From Eledone cirrhosa (Eukaryota): a DNA stretch of 64,000 nucleotides. Position 1 is the stretch's first letter. Every line of letters begins with the position of its first letter. Under the pieces are notes generated by a model that saw only the letters and a program-made list of their open reading frames with translations, was not told the DNA's origin and did not search any database. This document shows positions 37,016 through 55,100 of the stretch, one piece after another. The stretch covers positions 338,024,001 to 338,088,000 of the forward strand of contig OZ024743.1 of NCBI GenBank assembly GCA_964016885.1, written 5' to 3'. A program made the position numbers and the translations under genes.

Positions 37016-37215
37016 ATATATAACGTAATGTTAGGTAAAAATAGTAAGTAGCGTGTGCTTGTTATTATGTCCTTGTGTGTTCATATGCATACACATACAT
37101 ACGAATCATACACAAATAGGCCAAGAGACAAAGAGAGGGGGGGGGGGGGGGCAGTATACACTTTTTTTCTCAAAAAAATATAGGTGGCAGTGACTTCGAA
37201 GTTTCAGCGATGGTG

Positions 37216-37596
<381 letters not shown>

Positions 37597-37789
37597 TATG
37601 AAAGAATGAAAGTGTGTGAGAGAGAAGGGGAGGGAGAGAGAATGTGAAAGAGAGAGAGAAGGGGAGAGAGGTGAGTGTGATATGTAGAGGTGGGAGAAAA
37701 GATCAGCTGTTCTCTTAACGACTTATTTGGTTTCATCAACTTCCTCATACGTCAAAATGGTAGAATTTCTTATTTCTAATTGTACGGCA

Positions 37790-40700
37790 GATCATCATCA
37801 TCACCGCCATCATCATTATCATCATCATTAGCACCATCATTATCACCATTATCATCATCATTATCAACATCGTCGACTTCTTCACCAACAGCATCATCAT
37901 CATCATCATCATCATCATCAACAACATCATCATCATTAGCACCACCACCACCACCATCACCATCACCATCACCACCACCACCACAACCATCATCATCACC
38001 ATCAACACCACCATTATCACCACCACCACCAGCATCATCATCATCATCAACAACATCATCATCATTAGCACCACCACCACCACCATCACCACCACCACCA
38101 CCACAACCATCATCATCACCATCAACACCACCATTATCACCACCACCAGCATCATCATCATCATCAACAACATCATCATCATTAGCACCACCACCACCAC
38201 CACCACTACTACCATCATCATCACCATCAACACCGCCTCTAGACACCAACACCATCAATACCATCATCATCATCATCAACACCACCACTATCACCACCAT
38301 CCATCACCACAACCACTTCCCACCATCATTATGTCCATCACCCCCACCACCACCACCATCATCATCATCACAACTACCACCACCACCATCACCAACACCA
38401 CCACCACCACCACCACCACATGTTATTACTGTTGATGATGAGTATGATGAATTTGTTTTCATTAACATCATTCTTATCCCGCCGAGGTTAACTTTGCCTT
38501 TCATCCTTACGGGGTCGATAAAATAAAGTACCAGTAATGCACTGGGTTATTGCTGGCCTTGTGCCAAAAGCAGAAACAATTATTAGCATTGCTATCATCA
38601 TCATCATTAACACCACCACCACAACCACCACAACCACCACAAAACTACAACCACCTCCACTACCACCACCACCACCACCACCATCACAACCACCACCACC
38701 ACCTCCACCACCACCATCACAACCACCACCACCTCCACCACCACCATCACAACCACCAACACCTCCACCACCATCATCACAACCACCACCACCTCCACCA
38801 CAACCACCATCACCACCTCCACCAACACCACCACCACCACCACCACTACCAACAAAACCACCACCACCACCACCACCACCACCACCGCAACAACCACCAC
38901 CACCACCAACACAACCAACCCCACCTCCAACACCACCATCACAAACACCCCCACTACCACCACCACCATCTCCACCACAATCACCACAACACTACAACCA
39001 CCACTACCACCACCACCATCACAACCACCACCACCACCACCACCATCACCACAACTACCACCACCACCACCATCACAACCACCACCACCTCCACTTCCAA
39101 CATCACAAACACCCCCAACACCACCACCGTCATCAAAACCACCAACACCTCCACCACCACCACCACCACCACCATCACCACCACCACCACCACCAACACC
39201 ACCATCACCAACACCACTACCACCACCACCATCATCACAACCACCACCACCTCCAGCACCACGATCACAAACAACTCCACCACCACCACCACAATCATCA
39301 AAACCACCAACACCTCCACCACAACCACCATCACCACCTCCACCAACACCACCACCACCACTACCAACACAACCACCACCACCACCATCATCACAAACAC
39401 CACCACCTCCACCACAATCACCACCACCACCACCACCACCACTTCCACCACCACCACCACCTCAACGAACACCACCACCACCACTACCAACACAACCACG
39501 ACCACTACCACCATCATTACAACCACCACCACCAACGCCACCACAACCACCACCACCTCCACCACAACCACCACCACCTCCATCACAATCACCACCACCA
39601 CCATCTCCACCACTTCCACCACCACCTCCACCTCCACGAACACCACCACTACCAACACAACCACGACCACTACCACCTCCACCTCCACCACCACCACCTC
39701 CACCAATAACACCACCACTACCAGCACAAACACCTACACCACCGCCACCACCACCATCATCACAACCACCACCACCACCTCCACCAAAACCACCACCACC
39801 TCCATCACAATCACCACCACCAACACCACCATCTCCACCACTTCCACCACCACACCACCTCCACGAACACCACCACTACCAACACAACCACGACCACTAC
39901 CACCATCATCACAACCACCACCACCAAAGCCACCACAGCCACCATCACCACCTCCACCACCACAACCACCACCTCCACCAACAACACAACCACTACCAAC
40001 ACAACCACCACCACCACCGCCACCACCACCATCATCACAACCACCACCACCTCCACCACAACCGCCACAACCTCCACCACCAACTCCACCACCAACACCA
40101 CAACCACCACCACCACCACCACCAAGAACAACAACAACAACAACCCCAGCAGCACCACCACCACCTCCACCACCTCCACCACCACAACCACCACCACCAA
40201 CTCCACCACTACCACCAACAACACAACCACCACCACCACCACCACTACCACCACCACCACCACCACCACCACTACCACCACCACCACCACCCCCATAACC
40301 ACCAGCACCAGCACCACCACCAACAACAACTCCACCATCACCACCACCACCACCAATTCCACCACCACCACCACCGCCACCAATTTCACCACCACCACCA
40401 CCCCCATAACCACCACCACCACCACTACCACCACCACCAACTCCACCACCACCACCACCACCACTACCACCACCACCACTACCACCACCACCAACTCCAC
40501 CACCACTACCACCACCACCAACTCCACCACCACCACCACCAACACAACTCCACAATACCACCACCACTACTACCACCACCACCACCACTACCACCACTAC
40601 CACCACCACCAACTCCACCACCACCACCACCACCACCACCACCACCACCACCACCAACTCCACCACTACTACCACCACCAACAACTCCACCACCACCACC

Positions 40701-43126
40701 ACCAACAACAACTCCACCACCACCACCACCAACAACAACTCCACCATACCACCACCACTACTACCACCACCACCACCACCACCGCCACTACCACCACCAC
40801 CAACTCCACCACTACTACCACCACCACCAACTCCACCACCACCACCACCAACAACTCCACAATACCACCACCACTACTACCACCACCACCACCACTACCA
40901 CCACCACCAACTCCACCACCACCACCAACAACAACTCCACCACCACCACAACCACCACCACCACCAACTCCACCACCACCACCAACAACAACTCCACCAC
41001 CACCACCACCAACAACTCCACCACCACCACCACCAACAACAACTCCACAACTCCACCACCACCACCACCAACAACAACTCCACCACCACCACCAACAACA
41101 ACAACTCCACCATACCACCACCACTACTACCACCACCACCACCACCACCACCACTAGCACCAACTCCACCACCACCACCAACAACAACAACTTCACAACC
41201 ACCACCACCACCACCACTACCACTACCACCCCCACCAACTCCACCACCACCAACATTACCACCACCACCAACAACAACAACAACAACAACTCCACCACCA
41301 CCACCACCACCACCACCACCACCACCACCACCACCACCACTACCACCACCACCAACTCCACCACCACTACCACCACCACCAACTCCACCACCACCACCAC
41401 CAACAACAACTCCACAATACCACCACCACTACTACCACCACCACCACCACTACCACCACTACCACCACCACCAACTCCACCACTACTACCACCACCAACA
41501 ACTCCACCACCACCACCACCAACAACAACTCCACCACCACCACCACCAACAACAACTCCACCATACCACCACCACTACTACCACCACCACCACCACCACC
41601 GCCACTACCACCACCACCAACTCCACCACTACTACCACCACCACCAACTCCACCACCACCACCACCAACAACTCCACAATACCACCACCACTACTACCAC
41701 CACCACCACCACTACCACCACCACCAACTCCACCACCACCACCAACAACAACTCCACCACCACCACAACCACCACCACCACCAACTCCACCACCACCACC
41801 AACAACAACTCCACCACCACCACCACCAACAACTCCACCACCACCACCACCAACAACAACTCCACAACTCCACCACCACCACCACCAACAACAACTCCAC
41901 CACCACCACCAACAACAACAACTCCACCATACCACCACCACTACTACCACCACCACCACCACCACCACCACTACCACCACCACCAACTCCACCACTACTA
42001 CCACCACCACCAACTCCACCACCACCACCACCAACAACTCCACAATACCACCACCACTACTACCACCACCACCACCACTACCACCACCACCAACTCCACC
42101 ACTACTACCACCACCACCAACTCCACCACCACCACCAACAACAACTCCACCACCACCACAACCACCACCACCACCAACTCCACCACCACCACCAACAACA
42201 ACTCCACCACCACCACCACCAACAACTCCACCACCACCACCACCAACAACAACTCCACAATACCACCACCACTACTACCACCACCACCACCACTACCACC
42301 ACTACCCCCACCACCAACTCCACCACCACCACCACCAACAACAACTCCACCACCACCACCAACAACAACTCCACCATACCACCACTACTACCACCACCAC
42401 CAACTCCACCACCACCACCACCACCAACAACAATCCACCATACCACCACCACTACTACCACCACCACCACCATGACCACCTCCACTACCACCACCACCAA
42501 CTCCACCACCACCACCACCACCACCACTACCACCACCACCAACTCCACCACCAACTCCACCACCACCACCACCAACTCCACCACCACCACCACCAACAAC
42601 AACTCCACCATACCACCACCACTACTACCACCACCACCACCACCACTACCACCACTACCACCACCACCACCAACTTCACCACCACCACCAACTTCACCAC
42701 CACCACCACCACCACCACCACATACACCACCAGTCGTAATATACATAATTTTGATAATCATTATCAACAATCTTATTTCATCTCTTATTTCCTTCACCAT
42801 CATCACCATCATCACCATCATCACCATCATCATCATTATCACCATTATCATCATCATCATTAATACCATTATCATTATCGTCACTGTGACGATAATCATC
42901 ATCATCATCATTACCACCATGATCATAATGATCACCATCATCATCATTACCATCATCATCATCACACAATCATCACCATTATCGTTTTGCACGCCATCAT
43001 GTTCTCCACCATCATCACTCTAATTATCATGATCTCCTCCACCACCCCCACCATCATCACTTATATGCCATCATCAACATTATTATTATAATTATCACAA
43101 CTACCACCATCACCGTCATCACCACC
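37790..43126. repeat. CAC/CAT/CAA trinucleotide-based low-complexity block with internal tandem duplications
   Basis: The plus strand is nearly G-free. Modules of ~117-bp recur at 37890-38230, and a long segment repeats at an 817-bp offset (40815 vs 41632). Confidence 0.93.
38478..38584 (+). mobile_element. 5'-truncated SINE copy inside the low-complexity block
   Basis: CCCGCCGAGGTTAACTTTGCCTTTCATCCTTACGGGGTCGATAAAATAAAGTACCAGTAATGCACTGGG..GCTGGCCTTGTGCCAAAAG. Confidence 0.9.
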
Positions 43127-46100
43127 ATTCTTATTACCAACACTACACCACGACCCTTTTCATCATCATCACCACCACCATTTTTATTACCAACACTACA
43201 CCACGACCCTTTTCATCATCATCATCACCACCACTTTCATTACCAACACTACACCACAACCCTTTTCATCGTCATCACCACCACTTTCATTACCAACACT
43301 ACACCACGACCCTTTTCATCGTCACCACCGCCACTTTCATTACCAACACTACACCACGACCCTTTTCATCATCACCACCACCATTTTTATTACCAACACT
43401 ACACCACAACCCTTTTCATCGTCATCACCACCACCACTTTCATTACCAACACTACACCACGACCCTTTTCATCGTCACCACCACCACTTTCATTACCAAC
43501 ACTACACCACGACCCTTTTCATCATCACCACCACCATTTTTATTACCAACACTACACCACAACCCTTTTCATCGTCATCACCACCACCACTTTTATTACC
43601 AACACTACACCACGACCCTTTTCATCGTCACCACCACCATTTTTGTTACCAACACTACACCACAACCCTTTTCATCAACATCACCACCACCATTTTTATT
43701 ACAAACACTACACCACAACCCTTTTCATCATCATCATCATCACCACCATTTTTATTACCAACACTACACCACAACCCTTCTCATCATCATCATCACCACC
43801 ATTTTTATTACCAACACTACACCACAACCCTTTTCATCATCATCACCACCACCATTTTTATTACCAACACTACACCACAACCCTTATCATCATCATCACC
43901 ACCACCATTTTTATTACCAACACTACACCACAACCCTTTTCATCATCATCATCACCACCACCATTTTTATTACCAACACTACACCACAACCCTTATCATC
44001 ATCATCATCACCACCACCTCTTTTATTACCAACACTACACCACAACCCTTTTCATCATCATCACCACCACCATTTTTATTACCAACACTACACCACAACC
44101 CTTATCATCATCATCACCACCACCATTTTTATTACCAACACTACACCACAACCCTTATCATCATCATCATCATCACCACCATTTTTATTACCAACACTAC
44201 ACCACAACCCTTTTCATCATCATCATCACCACCACCATTTTTATTACCAACACTACACCACAACCCTTATCATCATCATCATCACCACCACCTCTTTTAT
44301 TACCAACACTACACCACAACCCTTTTCATCATCATCACCACCACCATTTTTATTACCAACACTACACCACAACCCTTATCATCATCATCACCACCACCAT
44401 TTTTATTACCAACACTACACCACAACCCTTATCATCATCATCATCACCACCATTTTTATTACCAACACTACACCACAACCCTTATCATCATCATCACCAC
44501 CACCATTTTTATTACCAACACTACACCACAACCCTTATCATCATCATCATCACCACCATTTTTATTACCAACACTACACCACAACCCTTATCATCATCAA
44601 CACCACCACCATTTTTATTACCAACACTACACCACATCCCTTTTCATCATCAACACCACCACCATTTTTATTACCAACACTACACCACATCCCTTTTCAT
44701 CATCATCACCACCACCATTTTTATTACCAACACTACGCCACAACCCTTTTCATCATCGTCATCACCACCATTTTTATTACCAACACTACACCACAACCCT
44801 TTTCAGCATCATCACCACCACCATTTTTATAACCAACACTACACCACAACCCTTTTCATCATCATCACCACCACCATTTTCATTACCAACACTACACCAC
44901 CACCCTTTTCATCATCATCATCATCACCACCATTTTTATTACCAACACTACACCACAACCCTTCTCATCATCATCATCACCACCATTTTCATTACCAACA
45001 CTACACAACAACCCTTTTCATCATCATCATCATCACCACCATTTTTATTACCAACACTACACCACAACCCTTTTCAACATCATCACCACCACCCTTTTTA
45101 TTACCAACACTACACCACAACCCTTTTCATCATCGTAATCACCACCACCATTTTTCTTACCAACACTACACCACAACCCTTTTCATCATCATCATCATCA
45201 CCACCATTTTCATTACCAACACTACACCACAACCCTTTTCATCATCATCATCACCACCATTTTTATTACCAACACTACACCACAACCCTTTTCATCATCA
45301 TCATCATCACCACCATTTCTATTACCAACACTACACCACAACCCTTCTCATCATCATCATCACCACCATTTTTATTACCAACACTACACCACAACCATTT
45401 TCATCATCATCACCACCACCATTTTTATTACCAACACTACACCACAACCCTTCTCATCATCATCATCACCACCATTTTTATTACCAACACTACACCACAA
45501 CCCTTTCCATCATCATCATCACCACTACCATTTTTATTACCAACACTACACCACAACGCTTTTCATCACCATCAACACCACCATTTTTATTACCAACACT
45601 ACGCCACAACGCTTTTCATCATCAACACCACCACCATTTTTTTACCAACACTACACCACACCCGTTTTCATCATCATCAGCACCACCATTTTTATTACCA
45701 ACACTACACCACAACCCTTTTCATCATCATCATCACCACCACCATTTTTATTACCAACACTACACCACAACCCTTTTCATCGTCACCACCATCATTTTTT
45801 ACCAACACTACACCACAACCCTTGTCATCATCATCACCACCACCACCACTTTTATTACCAACACTACACCACAACCCTTTTCATCATCATCATCACCACC
45901 ATTTTTATTACCAACACTACACCACAACCCTTCTCAACATCATCACCACCACCATTTTTGTTACCAAAACTACACCACACTCGTTTTCATCATCATCATC
46001 ACCACCGTATTTATTACCAACACTACACCACATCCCTTTTCATCATCATCACCACCACAATTTTTATTACCAACACTACACCCCCAACCCTATTCATTAC

Positions 46101-49100
46101 CATAAACACAACCATTTTTATTACCATCACTACACCACAACCCTTTTCATCATCATCAACAGCACCACCATATTTTTACCAACACTACACCACACCCGTT
46201 TTCATCATCATCATCACCACCATTTTTATTACCAACACTACACCACAACCCTTTTCATCATCATCATCACCACCACCATTTTTATTACCAACACTACACC
46301 ACAACCCTTTTCATCACCATCACCACCACCATTTTTATTACCAACACTACACCACAACTCTTTGCTCATCATCATCACCACCATTTTTATTACCAACACT
46401 ACACCACAACCCTTTTCATCGTCACCACCACCATTTTTTTACCAACACTACACCACAACCCTTGTCGTCATCATCATTACCACCACCACCACTTTTATTA
46501 CCAACACTACACCACAACCATTTTCATCATCATCATCACCACCACCATTTTTGTTACCAAAACTACACCACACCCGTTTTCATCATCATCATCACAACCA
46601 TTTTTATTACCAACACTACACCACATCCCATTTCATCATCATCACCACCACAATTTGTATTTCAACACTACACCCCAACCCTTTTCATTACCATCAACAC
46701 CACCATTTTTATTACCAACACTACACCACGACCCTTTTCATCGTCACAACCACCATTTTTATTACCAACACTACACCACAACCCTTTTCATCATCATCAT
46801 CACCACCACCACTTTCATTACCAACACTACACCACAACCCTTTTCATGATCATCATCACCACCACCATTTTGATTACCAACGCTGTAACCACAACCCTTT
46901 TCATCATTATCAGCACCACTATTTTTATTACCAACACTACACCACAACCCTTTTCATCATCATCATCACCACCATTTTTATTACCAACACTACACCACAA
47001 CCCTTTACCTCATCATCACCACCACCATTTTTATTACCAACACTACACCACAACACTTTTCATCATTATCACCACCACCATTTTTATTACCAACACTACA
47101 CCACAACTCTTTTCAACATCATCATCACCACCATTTTTATTACCAACACTACACCACAACTCTTTTCAACATCATCATCACCACCATTTTTATTACCAAC
47201 ACTACACCACCACCCTTTTCATCATCATCATCACCACCATTTTTATTACCAACACTACACCACATCCCTTTTCATCATCATTACCATCACTACACCAGAA
47301 CCCTTTTCATCATCATCATCATCACCACCATTTTTATTACCAACACTACACCACAACCCTCTTCATCATCATCAACACCACCACCATTTTTTTACCAACA
47401 CTACACCACACCCGTTTTCATCATCATCATCACCATTTTTATTACCAACACTACACCACAACCCTTTTCATCATCATCATCACCACCACCATTTTTATTA
47501 CCAACACTACACCACAACCCTTTTCATCATCATCATCACCACCACCATTTTTATTACCAACACTACACCACAACTCTTTGATCATCATCATCACCACCAT
47601 TTTTATTACCAACACTACACCACAACGCTTTTCATCGTCACCACCACCATTTTTTTACCAACACTACACCACAACCCTTGTCATCATCATCACCACCACC
47701 ACCACTTTTATTACCAACACTACACCACAACCCTTTTCATCATCATCATCACCACCATTTTTATTACCAACACTACACCACAACCCTTCTCATCATCATC
47801 ATCACCACCATTTTTGTTACCAAAACTACACAACACCCGTTTTCATCATCATCATCACCACAATTTTTATTACCAACACTACATCCCAACCCTTTTCATT
47901 ACCATCAACACCACCACCATTTGTATTACCAACACTACACCACGACCCTTTTCATCGTCACCACCACCATTTTTATTACCAACACTACACCACAACCCTT
48001 TTCATCATCATCATCACCACCACCATTTTTATTACCAACACTACACCACAACCCTTTTCATCATCATCATCAACACCATTTTTATTACCAACACTACACC
48101 ACAACCCTTTTCATCATCATCATCATCACCACCATTTTTATTACCAACACTACACCACACCCGTTTTCATCATCATCATCACCACCATTTTTATTACCGA
48201 CACTACACCACAACCCTTTTCATCATCATCATCACCACCACCATTTTTATTACCAACACTACACCACAACCCTTTTCATCACCATCACCACCACCATTTT
48301 TATTACCAACACTACACCACAACTCTTTGCTCATCATCATCACCACCATTTTTATTACCAACACTACACCACAACCCTTTTCATCGTCACCACCACCATT
48401 TTTTTACCAACACTACACCACAACCCTTGTCGTCATCATCATTACCACCACCACCACTTTTATTACCAACACTACACCACAACCATTTTCATCATCATCA
48501 TCACCACCACCATTTTTGTTACCAAAACTACACCACACCCGTTTTCAACATCATCATCACAACCATTTTTATTACCAACACTACACCACATCCCATTTCA
48601 TCATCATCACCACCACAATTTGTATTTCAACACTACACCCCAACCCTTTTCATTACCATCAACACCACCATTTTTATTACCAACACTACACCACGACTCT
48701 TTTCATCGTCACAACCACCATTTTTATTACCAACACTACACCACAACCCTTTTCATCATCATCATCACCACCACCACTTTCATTACCAACACTACACCAC
48801 AACCCTTTTCATGATCATCATCACCACCACCATTTTGATTACCAACGCTGTAACCACAACCCTTTTCATCATTATCAGCACCACTATTTTTATTACCAAC
48901 ACTACACCACAACCCTTTTCATCATCATCATCACCACCATTTTTATTACCAACACTACACCACAACCCTTTACCTCATCATCACCACCACCATTTTTATT
49001 ACCAACACTACACCACAACACTTTTCATCATTATCACCACCACCATTTTTATTACCAACACTACACCACAACTCTTTTCAACATCATCATCACCACCATT

Positions 49101-52100
49101 TTTATTACCAACACTACACCACAACTCTTTTCAACATCATCATCACCACCATTTTTATTACCAACACTACACCACCACCCTTTTCATCATCATCATCACC
49201 ACCATTTTTATTACCAACACTACACCACATCCCTTTTCATCATCATTACCATCACTACACCACAACCCTTTTCATCATCATCATCATCACCACCATTTTT
49301 ATTACCAACACTACACCACAACCCTCTTCATCATCATCAACACCACCACCATTTTTTTACCAACACTACACCACACCCGTTTTCATCATCATCATCACCA
49401 TTTTTATTACCAACACTACACCACAACCCTTTTCATCATCATCATCACCACCACCATTTTTATTACCAACACTACACCACAACCCTTTTCATCATCATCA
49501 TCACCACCACCATTTTTATTACCAACACTACACCACAACTCTTTGATCATCATCATCACCACCATTTTTATTACCAACACTACACCACAACCCTTTTCAT
49601 CATCATCATCAACACCATTTTTTTACCAACACTACACCACAACCCTTGTCATCATCATCACCACCACCACCACTTTTATTACCAACACTACACCACAACC
49701 CTTTTCATCATCATCATCACCACCATTTTTATTACCAACACTACACCACAACCCTTCTCATCATCATCATCACCACCATTTTTGTTACCAAAACTACACC
49801 ACACCCGTTTTCATCATCATCATCACCACAATTTTTATTACCAACACTACACCCCAACCCTTTTCATTACCATCAACACCACCACCATTTTTATTACCAA
49901 CACTACACCACGACCCTTTTCATCGTCACCACCACCATTTTTATTACCAACACTACACCACAACCCTTTTCATCATCATCATCACCACCACCATTTTTAT
50001 TACCAACACTACACCACAACCCTTTTCATCATCATCATCAACACCATTTTTATTACCAACACTACACCACAACCCTTTTCATCATCATCATCATCACCAC
50101 CATTTTTATTACCAACACTACACCACAACCCTTTTCATCATCATCACCACCACCATTTTTATTACCAACACTACACCACAACCCTTTTCATCATCATCAT
50201 CAACACCACCTCTTTTATTACCAACACTACACCACAACCCTTTTCATCATCATCATCATCACCACCATTTTTATTACCAACACTACACCACAACCCTTTT
50301 CATCATCATCATCACCACCACCATTTTTATTACCAACACTACACCACAACCCTTTTCATCATCATCATCAACACCATTTTTATGACCAACACTACACCAC
50401 AACCCTTTTCATCATCATCACCACCACCATTTTTATTACCAACACTACACCACAACCCTTTTCATCATCATCATCACCACCACCATTTTTATTACCAACA
50501 CTACACCACAACCCTTTTCATCATCATCATCAACACCATTTTTATTACCAACACTACACCACAACCCTTTTCATCATCATCATCATCACCACCATTTTTA
50601 TTACCAACACTACACCACAACCGTTTTCATCATCATCATCACCACCATTTTTATTACCAACACTACACCACAACCCTTTTCATCATCATCATCATCACCA
50701 CCATTTTTATTACCAACACTACACCACAACCCTTTTCATCATCATCATCACCACCATTTTTATTACGAACACTATACCACAACCCTTTCCATCATCATCA
50801 TCACCACCACCATTTTTATTACCAACACTACACCACAACGCTTTTCATCACCATCAACACCACCATTTTTATTACCAACACTACGCCACAACGCTTTTCA
50901 TCATCAACACCACCACCATTTTTTTACCCACACTACACCACACCCGTTTTTATCATCAGCATCACCACCATTTATATTACCAACACTACACCACAACCCT
51001 TTTCATCATCATCATCACCACCACCATTTTGTTACCAACACTACACCACACCCGTTTTCATCATCATCAGCACCACCATTTTTATTACCAACACTACACC
51101 ACAACCCTTTTCATCATCATCATCACCACCACCATTTTTATTACCAACACTACACCACAACCCTTTTCATCGTCACCACCACCATTTTTTACCAACACTA
51201 CACCACAACCCTTGTCATCATCATCACCACCACCACCACTTTTATTACCAACACTACACCACAACCCTTTTCATCATCATCATCACCACCATTTTTATTA
51301 CCAACACTACACCACAACCCTTCTCAACATCATCACCACCACCATTTTTGTTACCAAAACTACACCACACTCGTTTTCATCATCATCATCACCACCGTAT
51401 TTATTACCAACACTACACCACATCCCTTTTCATCATCATCACCACCACAATTTTTATTACCAACACTACACCCCCAACCCTATTCATTACCATAAACACC
51501 ACCATTTTTATTACCATCACTACACCACAACCCTTTTCATCATCATCAACAGCACCACCATTTTTTTACCAACACTACACCACACCCGTTTTCATCATCA
51601 TCATCACCACCATTTTTATTACCAACACTACACCACAACCCTTTTCATCATCATCATCACCACCACCATTTTTATTACCAACACTACACCACAACCCTTT
51701 TCATCACCATCACCACCACCATTTTTATTACCAACACTACACCACAACTCTTTGCTCATCATCATCACCACCATTTTTATTACCAACACTACACCACAAC
51801 CCTTTTCATCGTCACCACCACCATTTTTTTACCAACACTACACCACAACCCTTGTCGTCATCATCATTACCACCACCACCACTTTTATTACCAACACTAC
51901 ACCACAACCATTTTCATCATCATCATCACCACCACCATTTTTGTTACCAAAACTACACCACACCCGTTTTCATCATCATCATCAAAACCATTTTTATTAC
52001 CAACACTACACCACATCCCATTTCATCATCATCACCACCACAATTTGTATTTCAACACTACACCCCAACCCTTTTCATTACCATCAACACCACCATTTTT

Positions 52101-55100
52101 ATTACCAACACTACACCACGACCCTTTTCATCGTCACAACCACCATTTTTATTACCAACACTACACCACAACCCTTTTCATCATCATCATCACCACCACC
52201 ACTTTCATTACCAACACTACACCACAACCCTTTTCATGATCATCATCACCACCACCATTTTGATTACCAACGCTGTAACCACAACCCTTTTCATCATTAT
52301 CAGCACCACTATTTTTATTACCAACACTACACCACAACCCTTTTCATCATCATCATCACCACCATTTTTATTACCAACACTACACCACAACCCTTTACCT
52401 CATCATCACCACCACCATTTTTATTACCAACACTACACCACAACACTTTTCATCATTATCACCACCACCATTTTTATTACCAACACTACACCACAACTCT
52501 TTTCAACATCATCATCACCACCATTTTTATTACCAACACTACACCACAACTCTTTTCAACATCATCATCACCACCATTTTTATTACCAACACTACACCAC
52601 CACCCTTTTCATCATCATCATCACCACCATTTTTATTACCAACACTACACCACATCCCTTTTCATCATCATTACCATCACTACACCAGAACCCTTTTCAT
52701 CATCATCATCATCACCACCATTTTTATTACCAACACTACACCACAACCCTCTTCATCATCATCAACACCACCACCATTTTTTTACCAACACTACACCACA
52801 CCCGTTTTCATCATCATCATCACCATTTTTATTACCAACACTACACCACAACCCTTTTCATCATCATCATCACCACCACCATTTTTATTACCAACACTAC
52901 ACCACAACCCTTTTCATCATCATCATCACCACCACCATTTTTATTACCAACACTACACCACAACTCTTTGATCATCATCATCACCACCATTTTTATTACC
53001 AACACTACACCACAACCCTTTTCATCGTCACCACCACCATTTTTTTACCAACACTACACCACAACCCTTGTCATCATCATCACCACCACCACCACTTTTA
53101 TTACCAACACTACACCACAACCCTTTTCATCATCATCATCACCACCATTTTTATTACCAACACTACACCACAACCCTTCTCATCATCATCATCACCACCA
53201 TTTTTGTTACCAAAACTACACAACACCCGTTTTCATCATCATCATCACCACAATTTTTATTACCAACACTACACCACGACCCTTTTCATCGTCACCACCA
53301 CCATTTTTATTACCAACACTACACCACAACCCTTTTCATCATCATCATCACCACCACCATTTTTATTACCAACACTACACCACAACCCTTTTCATCATCA
53401 TCATCAACACCATTTTTATTACCAACACTACACCACAACCCTTTTCATCATCATCATCATCACCACCATTTTTATTACCAACACTACACCACACCCGTTT
53501 TCATCATCATCATCACCACCATTTTTATTACCGACACTACACCACAACCCTTTTCATCATCATCATCACCACCACCATTTTTATTACCAACACTACACCA
53601 CAACCCTTTTCATCACCATCACCACCACCATTTTTATTACCAACACTACACCACAACTCTTTGCTCATCATCATCACCACCATTTTTATTACCAACACTA
53701 CACCACAACCCTTTTCATCGTCACCACCACCATTTTTTTACCAACACTACACCACAACCCTTGTCGTCATCATCATTACCACCACCACCACTTTTATTAC
53801 CAACACTACACCACAACCATTTTCATCATCATCATCACCACCACCATTTTTGTTACCAAAACTACACCACACCCGTTTTCAACATCATCATCACAACCAT
53901 TTTTATTACCAACACTACACCACATCCCATTTCATCATCATCACCACCACAATTTGTATTTCAACACTACACCCCAACCCTTTTCATTACCATCAACACC
54001 ACCATTTTTATTACCAACACTACACCACGACCCTTTTCATCGTCACAACCACCATTTTTATTACCAACACTACACCACAACCCTTTTCATCATCATCATC
54101 ACCACCACCACTTTCATTACCAACACTACACCACAACCCTTTTCATGATCATCATCACCACCACCATTTTGATTACCAACGCTGTAACCACAACCCTTTT
54201 CATCATTATCAGCACCACTATTTTTATTACCAACACTACACCACAACCCTTTTCATCATCATCATCACCACCATTTTTATTACCAACACTACACCACAAC
54301 CCTTTACCTCATCATCACCACCACCATTTTTATTACCAACACTACACCACAACACTTTTCATCATTATCACCACCACCATTTTTATTACCAACACTACAC
54401 CACAACTCTTTTCAACATCATCATCACCACCATTTTTATTACCAACACTACACCACAACTCTTTTCAACATCATCATCACCACCATTTTTATTACCAACA
54501 CTACACCACCACCCTTTTCATCATCATCATCACCACCATTTTTATTACCAACACTACACCACATCCCTTTTCATCATCATTACCATCACTACACCACAAC
54601 CCTTTTCATCATCATCATCATCACCACCATTTTTATTACCAACACTACACCACAACCCTCTTCATCATCATCAACACCACCACCATTTTTTTACCAACAC
54701 TACACCACACCCGTTTTCATCATCATCATCACCATTTTTATTACCAACACTACACCACAACCCTTTTCATCATCATCATCACCACCACCATTTTTATTAC
54801 CAACACTACACCACAACCCTTTTCATCATCATCATCACCACCACCATTTTTATTACCAACACTACACCACAACTCTTTGATCATCATCATCACCACCATT
54901 TTTATTACCAACACTACACCACAACTCTTTGATCATCATCATCACCACCATTTTTATTACCAACACTACACCACAACCCTTTTCATCGTCACCACCACCA
55001 TTTTTTTACCAACACTACACCACAACCCTTGTCATCATCATCACCACCACCACCACTTTTATTACCAACACTACACCACAACCCTTTTCATCATCATCAT

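Noticed and set aside
37745-43023. Poly-Pro/His/Thr and poly-Val/Gly/Trp ORFs resembling extensin or mucin
   Set aside because: These are translations of CAC/CAT/GGT repeats open in many frames, with no signal peptide, domain or splice structure.
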